Below, piece after piece: positions 49,589 to 58,073 of a stretch of DNA of 64,000 nt. The notes beneath the pieces are model-generated. The model searched no databases, was not told the origin of the DNA, and saw only the letters and a list, made by a program, of their open reading frames with translations. Each line of letters opens with the position of its first letter. Position 1 is the first letter of the stretch. Source of the DNA: an uncultured Chloroflexia bacterium (GTDB lineage: Bacteria; Chloroflexota; Chloroflexia; QHBQ01; JADMIH01); assembly GCA_963797095.1 (NCBI GenBank), contig CAWCNY010000003.1:1056001-1120000 (forward strand). The letters run 5' to 3'. A program made the position numbers and the translations under genes.

Positions 49589-50245
49589 ATGGAAGCAATT
49601 CGAATCGTCATCGCTGACGACCAGATGATCACCCGCAGCGGGTTGCGCAATTTGCTCACCGAGCAGGCTGACCTTGAGATTGTGGGCGAGGCTCAGAACG
49701 GGGTCGAGGCAGTCGAGATGGCCGCGACGCTACAGCCTGACGTGGTGCTCATGGACCTGCGTATGCCACTGCTCAACGGCGTGGAAGCTACCCGCCAAAT
49801 TCACAGGACCAGCCCTCATATTGGCATCCTGGTGGTCACCATATTCGAGGATGATGCCTCGGTCTTCCCGGCTATAAGAGCCGGAGCGCGTGGATACCTG
49901 CTGAAGGATGCCGACGAGGAGGAGTTGATCAGAGCCATCCGCACGGTGGCTGATGGAGGGGTGATCTTCAGCGCAGGTATAGCCGGACGTGTGTTGCACT
50001 ACCTGTCAGGTCCGCCCCCGAATGTACCAACGCAAGCCTTCGACGAACTGACCAACCGCGAGCGAGCCGTACTTGAACAAGTCGCACATGGTCTCTCCAA
50101 CGCCGAAATCGCGGAGAAACTGGCGCTCAGCCCAAAGACGGTCGCCAACAACATATCGAACGTGCTCGCAAAACTACAGGCGGCAGATCGCGCCAGGCTG
50201 ATGTTGATGGCTCTAGAAGCTGGATTGGGTAACGAGGTTGAGTAG
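49589..50245 (+). CDS. NarL/LuxR-family response regulator
   Basis: IADD, LMDLRMP, GYLLK, LTNRE...SNAEIA...KTV HTH. Confidence 0.93.
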   Translation: MEAIRIVIADDQMITRSGLRNLLTEQADLEIVGEAQNGVEAVEMAATLQPDVVLMDLRMPLLNGVEATRQIHRTSPHIGILVVTIFEDDASVFPAIRAGARGYLLKDADEEELIRAIRTVADGGVIFSAGIAGRVLHYLSGPPPNVPTQAFDELTNRERAVLEQVAHGLSNAEIAEKLALSPKTVANNISNVLAKLQAADRARLMLMALEAGLGNEVE

Positions 50246-50422
50246 AAATGACTCTATCGGGACAGCAGAAGTATCTCACACTTTGACACGTTGGTATATG
50301 CCCGCAGTCGAACTCTTATGTTTCGCAGACTGAAGCCTCTTGGCAGCACCATTCTTAGCGTACAATTCCGTTCGGTTGGATACTCGGAGGCCAACTTCTA
50401 AACATTGTGGAGTTCGCGCGGC

Positions 50423-50755
50423 TTACCCGGAGTAAACATTGAGGGCGAATCTTTCCACATGAACTGCTAACTGCGACACGGCAGGCTGGCTGTAGAGGCG
50501 CGTTGTGTCCAGGGAGCTGTGCCCGAGCAGGGTTGCCAACCCAATAACATCTCCTGGATATTGGGATAGGTAGCTTCGTGCGAATGTATGGCGTAAGGAG
50601 TGGACGCTCGTCTCTTGTGGCACCAGTTTGCCGGCTGCTTTGACAAGTTCGCCCATCATCTGACCGATGGCCGAACTTGTGAGCGATCCACCTTTACGGC
50701 TCAGCCAGAGCGGCTCAAGAGCCTGCGGAGTTCCTGGCTTGGGCCACTTTGCAGC
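50423..50755 (-). pseudogene. Tyrosine recombinase 3' fragment
   Basis: HSLRHTFARSY, LLGHSSLDTTRLY; lacks N-terminus and box-I Arg. Confidence 0.8.
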
Positions 50756-50759
50756 CACC

Positions 50760-51345
50760 GTCTACCAGGCGTGGCAAGCAGACGAGCACCACTCTCCTCG
50801 CCACGTGCGCGACGCCGCGCTTATAGCTGTGCTCTACGGCTCGCGTCTGCGCCGGGCGGAGGCGGCGGCGCTGAACGGCTGAACGTTAGTGACTACGATC
50901 CCAAAACCGGCAGCCTTCGGATCAGGGCCGGCAAGGGCAACAAGTCAAGGATGGCTTACAACTCAGCAAGTGAGCGAGACCACAGTGATGCATGGCTGCG
51001 CGCCAGGTCTGCCGGCGCCCCCGGCGCGGAGCTGGCCGGTGCATTATTCTGCCTCGTCCTCCGCGGCGGCCACGTTCGGATCCGCCATTTGGACCGCGCA
51101 CCATCCTCGAGGCCCTGCAGCGACGGGCCCGCGAAGCGGGTGTGTCGCACCTCACGCCTCACGACCTGCGCCGCTCCATGATCGGCGACCTGCTCGATGC
51201 GGGAGCGGATCTGGCCACCGTACAGCGGTTGGCCGGGCACTCCGGCCCCGGCACCACCTCCCGGTACGACCGGCGAGGCGAGGCGACCAGGGCGCGGGCA
51301 GCCGAGCTGCTGCACGTCCCCGGGCCGCCGCCTGGTTGGGGATAG
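50760..51345 (+). pseudogene. Second, distinct tyrosine recombinase, 5'-truncated and frameshifted
   Basis: RDAALIAVLYGSRLRRAE / GKGNKSR / PHDLRRS...LAGH...TTSRYDRR spread over three ORFs. Confidence 0.82.
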
Positions 51346-51629
51346 AACACACGCTTAGCGGAATAGCAGCCGATCCCGGCTATGCGCTGCCGGGATAGCC
51401 CCCAGAATGGCCTCGATCTGCTTGCGCTTCAGCCCATGAACCGATGAAGGATTCGGGTTGCACTCGATCTATGCGATCCATCAGGACTTCGCGCAACGGA
51501 GAGGTCAGAAGGCATCTAGAACTGGACAGTATCCAGAGCTGATCGTGAATATCAGCCTCCGCTCGTCTAGCAACCGTGCCTGCCGCAATTCGACGAAGCA
51601 GCATTGCAGTTACGCGCTGCCTGCCAGGT

Positions 51630-51807
51630 GCTCTGCGCCCGACCTCATCAGGGGATCGGTCCAGCTATCCCACATGGGGCACGATCACCAGTGCAGACAG
51701 TGCAGCAAGATCCACTGGACGCTGATAGGACAGATGGAGTTGAGGCAAAGGTAATCAGCTTGCCAGTCCTAGGCGGCCTGCACCACGATTACCGAAGGGC
51801 GGCATGA
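51630..51807 (+). pseudogene. rve-type integrase/transposase C-terminal remnant
   Basis: ARPHQGIG...PVLGGLHHDYRRAA. Confidence 0.6.
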
Positions 51808-51869
51808 GCGCGAACGCGATAAGTAGCCGGGACGCCGATGAGGTCGGATGCTCCTACGCCCATACGCCC

Positions 51870-52181
51870 TTACTCTTCAGTCTCCTCGCCCTCGGCAGGC
51901 GTGGGCCATTGCTGTCGCCCATGCAGGACGTGGAGGATGTCAATGCGATTGCCGCTCTCCTCGAAGATCAGTACGAACGGCGTGCCGGTGACGATAAACT
52001 CGCGCGTTCCTTCTACTCGTCCAGGCCTGCCGCCTAGTCCTGGCATCTCGCGCAGCCTTGCCACGACGCGGCTGATGCGTTCCCTCTGCCTTTGTGCCGC
52101 GCTGGGGTTGTGCTCGCGGTTATAGGCGATCTGCCCGGCGATTTCCGCCTTAGCCATATTACTGATGACTACGCGGCGCAT
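51870..52181 (-). CDS. RelE/ParE-family toxin
   Basis: NPSAA...GRPGRVEGTREF...ILHVLHGRQQWP; coupled to upstream antitoxin by TGATG. Confidence 0.85.
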   Translation of the reverse strand: MRRVVISNMAKAEIAGQIAYNREHNPSAAQRQRERISRVVARLREMPGLGGRPGRVEGTREFIVTGTPFVLIFEESGNRIDILHVLHGRQQWPTPAEGEETEE

Positions 52182-52435
52182 CAGTGCGCCGTACCGCCGT
52201 CAACGATGGCGTCAAGCTCCTTCTCGAAGTCCTCCCATTCGGTGTAGCTTCCTCCCCGAATGTCGTCGCGGCCTTGCTCTACCGCCTGAATGAAAGCAAG
52301 CTCGCTGTCGATGTAGGCGGTAATCGCTTCGTGAAATAGCCGTGCCTTAGTGCGTCCGGTGGCTTGCGCCAGCAGATCGAGGCGCTGGGCGGTCGTTTCG
52401 TCTACCCGTGTGTTAAGTTGCACGCTGCGGTTCAT
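52181..52435 (-). CDS. CopG/ribbon-helix-helix antitoxin
   Basis: VQLNTRVD...RLDLLAQATGRTKA..EAI..Y with acidic C-terminus; GAGAGG RBS. Confidence 0.82.
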   Translation of the reverse strand: MNRSVQLNTRVDETTAQRLDLLAQATGRTKARLFHEAITAYIDSELAFIQAVEQGRDDIRGGSYTEWEDFEKELDAIVDGGTAH

Positions 52436-52501
52436 AGCCTCTCCAAGTCTTCCTAGGTCTTCCCAAGTCTTCCTAGCGAAAAGCGAAATACGACAGCCAT
52501 A

Positions 52502-52519
52502 TGATAGCAAATGCTATCA
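52502..52519. promoter_or_regulatory. Palindromic toxin-antitoxin operator
   Basis: TGATAGCA-AA-TGCTATCA perfect inverted repeat overlapping a minus-strand TATCAT box. Confidence 0.65.
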
Positions 52520-52850
52520 AATAACACAAATCGAGAGGTGCAGCGTGCAAAACTCCGTGCGATGACTACATCTGCATACGTCACCAGCACGTCATCCGCA
52601 CCTAGAAGCGCCTGTTGAAAGCTGCAGACGACGCATGTAGACAGGACAGCAGCCGAGTAAGGATCCGTTGTTGCTTCAGAACCCGTTGGCGAAACGCCTG
52701 TGGACTCTCCATCCACTTTGGCCTCCTCCCTCTGCTTTGAGAGAGCTTGGAAGGATCTTATTGCCTTTGGTGGTTGGACCCTGACTTTGACACAGCCCTG
52801 CCGGCCTACCCCATGTGTGGTCAAGCACCCACCCTGCCTGTTTTGGCCCG

Positions 52851-53663
52851 CTAAGAGCGTGGGGACAACCTCCACAATGCAAAACCTACGAAACTGAGCG
52901 CTTCAACGCCGACAGCGCCTATTACCAGCCAGCGGCCACTTTCCGGCAGGCTTGACGACCAGATCGCTACGATTGGTATCTCCAGCACTAACACGCCCAG
53001 TATGATGAGCACAAGTCGTGCGCCCCTAGAAACCTGTACAATCGGATCCTGCTCAAACTGCTCTGCCGGCTCGACATCATCTTCGATCTGGGCGTCGGCA
53101 ACTCCCGGATATACGACCTCGGCTGATAGGACGTTTGGCACCGGCCCCGCCAGGTAGTACACCCGATACTCGGTGCCAGATTGAAACGAAGCCAATTGCG
53201 CCGCCATGGAGAGTCGCAGCCGGGTTGAGCCGATTTTCACGCGCCAGTTATTCTCTATATTCGAGGCGACCTCTGCTCTGCCTTTCGCAACGCTGATCTG
53301 TTTTGTGCTCAACGCCACTACGTACCTGCGGCTTACCGCGACCCCGATGATGATCACGACGACCACAGCCACCGCTGCTATGCCAAGGGTGAGCAGTATA
53401 CCATTATCCTGCGAGCTCGCACCGGTAGGCGTCACCGGATCGCCCGGATTACCCGGAGACTGAAATATTGAGAAGGCGATTATGCCCGCCGTGCCCACCA
53501 TCACAAGGACGAAGATAAACATAGCCAGGCGGCTGGTCGACCTCGCAGTGGACAGCAGGGTTTGCTGGCGCTTCGAAAGGCGACCGGCCCGATTGGCTCG
53601 CAGATCGGTTGGCTGGAACATGAAGACAGATTGCAATCGTTCGTTGAGTGGGTCCATTTGCAT
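52851..53663 (-). CDS. Hypothetical membrane protein
   Basis: DLRANRAGRLSKRQQ N-terminus, 4 TMs, YRVYY; GAGGT RBS. Confidence 0.7.
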   Translation of the reverse strand: MQMDPLNERLQSVFMFQPTDLRANRAGRLSKRQQTLLSTARSTSRLAMFIFVLVMVGTAGIIAFSIFQSPGNPGDPVTPTGASSQDNGILLTLGIAAVAVVVVIIIGVAVSRRYVVALSTKQISVAKGRAEVASNIENNWRVKIGSTRLRLSMAAQLASFQSGTEYRVYYLAGPVPNVLSAEVVYPGVADAQIEDDVEPAEQFEQDPIVQVSRGARLVLIILGVLVLEIPIVAIWSSSLPESGRWLVIGAVGVEALSFVGFALWRLSPRS

Positions 53664-53676
53664 TTACCTCACTACC

Positions 53677-54420
53677 TCATTTGACAAACAAAGCGAATAA
53701 GATCACGGCGGGCACACCGAGCGGAAGAACTGTGCCTGCGAGGAGAATGAAGAAGTCCAGCAGCATAGTAAGGACACGGTTAGTCCTTGTGCCGCCCCGC
53801 GCAACCCAGCTGCCTGAATCCCAGTAGTCAAAGGATTCTCTTATCCGAACGCCAAGCCTCGACCCGAGCCGCTGCGCCAGGCGCGGCCTCAATGAGTGGA
53901 AGAAGAAATCGAGCCAGCCGATATAGACTGACATGACAGCGATGGCCAGGGTGCCGGCAAGCAGATCGCCCCCTGTCAGCGGCAACTGTGCACCGAGCAG
54001 TTGCAAGATACCCACCACACCTACAAAGGGGATAGCGAATATGGCGAAGGCGATCAAGCCTGCTGCCCCCGGCAAGCCCATGAAGCCCTCTGACCTATCC
54101 TGTCTTTTCGCACCCGACTGCCATCGCACTCCGGGCACCGAGGTGTGCCAATCGCCGCCGCGCAAAAACCCGGTCAGCATCGCTGCCGTGGTGGCAATAT
54201 CCAGAGAGCGCCTATCGCTGACGAGGTTTGCGCCCTGGGCATCGTCGTAAGCGTTCAGCGCGAAGCCTTTGGAGGGATTGCCTGTCGCCTGGACGAAATC
54301 CGCAGGGGGACAGTGCAAGGTGAGGACGTCGTCGGGGCCGGCTAATTGCTCAAGCGCCTGCATGATCGCGTGTTCGTCTGGATGATCGGATACTAGAGAG
54401 CCGTTCAGTTCCAACCGCAT
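53677..54420 (-). CDS. Hypothetical membrane protein
   Basis: GGAGGT RBS; soluble N-domain plus 3 TMs. Confidence 0.68.
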   Translation of the reverse strand: MRLELNGSLVSDHPDEHAIMQALEQLAGPDDVLTLHCPPADFVQATGNPSKGFALNAYDDAQGANLVSDRRSLDIATTAAMLTGFLRGGDWHTSVPGVRWQSGAKRQDRSEGFMGLPGAAGLIAFAIFAIPFVGVVGILQLLGAQLPLTGGDLLAGTLAIAVMSVYIGWLDFFFHSLRPRLAQRLGSRLGVRIRESFDYWDSGSWVARGGTRTNRVLTMLLDFFILLAGTVLPLGVPAVILFALFVK

Positions 54421-54484
54421 ACTGCCACCTCCACTCTCGAATAGATAATCTTACCTGACCATAACTGTTATGGAGGAGAATGGC

Positions 54485-54503
54485 ATGAGCCATTTGACCT
54501 ATT
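54485..54503 (-). promoter_or_regulatory. Probable LuxR-type operator, copy 1
   Basis: AATAGGTCAAATGGCTCAT, then 21 nt, then TATGGT. Confidence 0.6.
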
Positions 54504-54512
54504 CCAGCTCAG

Positions 54513-57101
54513 CTAGACCAGTCTGTGCTCGATGGCGTAGCGGGTAGCGGCTGATCGGGTGGTGACGTTGAGCTTGTTGAAGATGGAGTAGAGGTGGTTC
54601 TTGACGGTGCGAGGGCTGACCACTATCCGCTCGGCTATCTCTTTGTTGGTGCGACCCGTGGCTACCAGGCGCAATACCTCGACCTCACGGCCGGTGAGTT
54701 CACCGATAGGGTGCTCGATAGGCTCAGAAATGATGTCGATGGGGAGTTCAGCCGGTGTGGGCGAAGGTGGCGGTACAGGCTCTTCCAGGGCATATGCTAT
54801 GCTCTGGACCTGGGTCATGGCCTGCCCTTGTGCCCATGCTTCCGCAAAAGCAGCTTCGCCCAATCGCTCACGCGCTATCGCCTGCGTGCGCTCATGGAGG
54901 GCACGTTCGGCTGGAGTCCATTTCAGGTGTTTCGCACTTATCAGTGCGTTGGCGGCGCTATTCAAGAGCACAGCGCGCTTTGTTTGTCCACCTGCGACGG
55001 CAATAGCTGCCAGGCCCACCAACGACTGAGAAATACGCAATGGGTTGCCAAGCTCCTGTGAAGCGATCATGCCTTCTCTGTAGTGTGGTATCGCCCCAGC
55101 ATGTTTGCCCTGTAATACGGTCGCCAGACCCAAGTAGATGTGTAGCAGAGCGATATGCCTTCTTGTGCCCAGCGCCTCGGCATGTGCCAGGTTTTCCGTG
55201 AATATAGCTACACTCCGGTCATACACTCCACGGTGCAGGAGTGCCAGGCCCAGGTTGACGGACGCGGTAACCACCCCGAATGCGCTACCAAGAACGCGGT
55301 AAACGGCCACACTCTCTTCGCCGCGTAAAATGGCGCGTTCGTAATCGTGCTCAAACAAAGCCAGGAAGCTCAAATTGGTCAATACGACGCCGGCGTCATA
55401 ATCATCACCTAGCTCGCGCCAGAGGGCAAGGCTTTGCTCAAATAGGGAAGCTGCCTGGGCGTAATCGTCCTGTTCTGCGGCAAATACCGCCAGCGTGATG
55501 AGCCCGCCGGCAATACCCTGCTTATCGTCGAGTATTCTGTGCAGTCTGAGGCTCTCTTCGGTGAATGCTTTCGCCTGGACCATATCATTTTGAGCCTGGG
55601 CAAGGATAGCCGCGCTTCGGAAAGCATCTGCTCGAAGGGCAACAGATACGTTTTCACTCTCCGTGAGGGCAAGGGCCTCCTCGAACCATCGCCGCCCTTC
55701 AACCAGGTGCCCCCGCGCATCCCAGAATAATCGCAGCGCAGACACCAGCCTCAAGGCAACCTCCGATTCCCCCCGGTCCAATGACCAGCGCAATGCTGCC
55801 CGCAGGTTGTCCTGCTCTATATCAAGGCGGGCGATCACTTCGTCATGCCTACTGGTTGCACTCACTTGTTTGAGGGACTCGGCCAGATGCAGATAGAAGA
55901 TGGCATGAGCCTGTTGCGCTACCAGTAGACTGCCACTATCTGTCAGCTTCTCAAGGGCGTATTCTCTCAGGGTCTCCAGCATTGAGAAACGTGGTTCACC
56001 ATCAGTCTGTGCCTGCGATTTCAACAGGCTCTTGGATACGAGCGAGGTAAGCAGATCCAGCACACTGATGCCGGGTTGCGGCCTGCCCTGCTCGAATATC
56101 GCCGTCGCAATAGCCTCTGTCCCCTCCAGTCTGCAACCGCCCGCAAACACCGACAACGCAGCGAACAGGGTTCGCTCCCCGGCCTCCAGCAGGTCGTAAC
56201 TCCAATCTATGGCGGCGCGCAGGGTGCGCTGGCGGGCGGGGAGATTGTGAGCGCCTTCGGTGAGAAGGGCGAGTCGTTTATCGAGCCGCGCAAATAGAGC
56301 TTGAGGCGAGAGGATGCGTATGCGGACGGCGGCTAATTCCAAAGCGAGAGGCAGACCATCCAGCTTGTCGCAGATGGCGATGATGGCGAGGGCGTTGGCG
56401 TCTGTGAGGGCGAACCTGGGCTGGACTTCACGGGCGCGGGCCACGAACAACTGGACGGCATCATAACTGAGTGCTAAGTGGCGAATGGCGAGTGGAGAAT
56501 GTGAGCTACTCGGCCCTCGGTAATCGGTACCAGGTACTTCCATGGGTGGCACAAGATATTCGTGCTCGCCGTACTGGTGAAGGGAAGTGCGGCTGGTGAA
56601 TAGTATCCGCAGTCCCGGCGCGTGGGGGAGCAACGCTGTTACCTGGGCGGCAGCAGCCACAACCTGCTCGAAGTTGTCCAGGATCAGAAGTATGTCCCGG
56701 TAGGCAAGATATTGCCTCATCTTGTCAATGAGCGGCGCACTGCCACGCTCGACAATACCCAGAGTTTGCGCGATGGTGGGCAGTACCAGGGCGGGGTCGG
56801 CGATGGGAGCAAGAGAGACGAAGAAGATCCCGTCTTCGAATTGGGGCAGAAGTTCTTCGGCGGCACGCAAGGCGAGGCGAGTCTTGCCGACGCCACCTGG
56901 GCCCATGAGGGTGAGCAAGCGCACGTCCTCATCGCGTATGAGGGCGACTAAATGGGCAATCTCTCTGTCGCGCCCGATAAAGCGGGCGGGAAACGTAGGC
57001 AGATTGTCAGGAGGCAGGGCGCGCCCCGACACACCCTCAGGTGCATCGTGTGGGAGCTGAGGAAACTGAATGAGACCTTGTTCTTGACCTGGGCCAGACA
57101 C
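54513..57101 (-). CDS. STAND ATPase-TPR-LuxR HTH transcriptional regulator (start uncertain)
   Basis: FIGRDRE, GPGGVGKT, LLILDNFE, DGLPLALELAA, TPRs, LTGREVEVL...RTVKNHL; listed ORF start 57272 lies inside the ISL3 remnant. Confidence 0.9.
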   Translation of the reverse strand: MSGPGQEQGLIQFPQLPHDAPEGVSGRALPPDNLPTFPARFIGRDREIAHLVALIRDEDVRLLTLMGPGGVGKTRLALRAAEELLPQFEDGIFFVSLAPIADPALVLPTIAQTLGIVERGSAPLIDKMRQYLAYRDILLILDNFEQVVAAAAQVTALLPHAPGLRILFTSRTSLHQYGEHEYLVPPMEVPGTDYRGPSSSHSPLAIRHLALSYDAVQLFVARAREVQPRFALTDANALAIIAICDKLDGLPLALELAAVRIRILSPQALFARLDKRLALLTEGAHNLPARQRTLRAAIDWSYDLLEAGERTLFAALSVFAGGCRLEGTEAIATAIFEQGRPQPGISVLDLLTSLVSKSLLKSQAQTDGEPRFSMLETLREYALEKLTDSGSLLVAQQAHAIFYLHLAESLKQVSATSRHDEVIARLDIEQDNLRAALRWSLDRGESEVALRLVSALRLFWDARGHLVEGRRWFEEALALTESENVSVALRADAFRSAAILAQAQNDMVQAKAFTEESLRLHRILDDKQGIAGGLITLAVFAAEQDDYAQAASLFEQSLALWRELGDDYDAGVVLTNLSFLALFEHDYERAILRGEESVAVYRVLGSAFGVVTASVNLGLALLHRGVYDRSVAIFTENLAHAEALGTRRHIALLHIYLGLATVLQGKHAGAIPHYREGMIASQELGNPLRISQSLVGLAAIAVAGGQTKRAVLLNSAANALISAKHLKWTPAERALHERTQAIARERLGEAAFAEAWAQGQAMTQVQSIAYALEEPVPPPSPTPAELPIDIISEPIEHPIGELTGREVEVLRLVATGRTNKEIAERIVVSPRTVKNHLYSIFNKLNVTTRSAATRYAIEHRLV

Positions 57102-57204
57102 GGATGCGTGTGATGCTAATAAAGCGCTTGCTGCAAGGAACCGGGTGCAGCCATAGGCCATTATATCACTTGAGGAAAGGGCAAAGCCCGCGCCCTTTTC
57201 TCTT

Positions 57205-57992
57205 TCTGAGCCAGTGAAACCGATTCGCCACCTGAACTGCCTGGGGAGCCGCTTCTCGAGTTGCTTCGGCATACGCTCCCCCGCGATCCCGGCTGACCAC
57301 TTTCAGTCCCGGGCTACCGCTGTCACCGCTACCGCTGCCCTCCGGTTAATGGGCTTTCAGCCAGGCGATAACCGTATTCTTCTCGCGGTCAGGCAACAAA
57401 TCGACCAGATCCCGACGTGCCAGATCTACGAGGATTGTGGCATATTTCTGTCCTTTGCGCAGGGCAAAATCGTTTGCGCCAAGCACCTGAGGAGGTGGCC
57501 TCTCTGGCTCGGAAGCCCCCGCTGCTCGCACCAGCCTTAGAAGCGTATCTGGGCCGGCGGGTATCTGCACAAGCTCTGCCAGTCGAACTCCCGCCCTCCC
57601 TCCCAGTGCCAACCCAATGGCTTGTAGCCAGTCCTTGCACTGCTTGGTGCGGTGGACATACGCGGGGAGTTGCTCGCCCAACCGTTCTGCGAAGGTACGG
57701 CGAGGGCATGCGGGGTTGGAGCAGACGAAACGTCTTGCTCGTATTTGCAGTTGTACGCTCAGTCCTGCCCAGGACAGGTCTTGCACAGTGCGAGGGTAAT
57801 AGCGGTGAATGCGGGATGAGGGCGTCTGGCATACTGGGCACAGGGCTGTGGGAGCAGTACTGATAACGGTGAGAACAAGTTGCTGAGTCGATGTTGGTCG
57901 TGCTCATTCTCATGCTCATTCTCGTGCCCGTGCCGTATGAGTTGGGCCAATTTCAGACCGGGGCAGTCAGCTAACAGGAAATCGCCATCCAT
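57205..57992 (-). pseudogene. ISL3-family transposase remnant
   Basis: DLSWAG, RRFVCSNPACPRRTFAE, LGANDFALRKG..YATILVDL, stop, then VVSRDRGGAYA...QVANRFH. Confidence 0.85.
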
Positions 57993-58073
57993 TTGAGCAA
58001 CGTGTTCCTCCTTGCCGAGTAGTCGCTTGGTCTTCGATCATGTGGTTCAGTCACGAAGAGAGGTTACTCAACC

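Noticed and set aside
52783-52800. GACTTTGACACAGCCCT as an IS terminal repeat
   Set aside because: No partner end or transposase identified; too weak to call
57102-57272. N-terminal extension or transposase fusion of the STAND regulator
   Set aside because: The extension is an alternate frame of the ISL3 remnant and spans an extended -10 (TGATATAAT)
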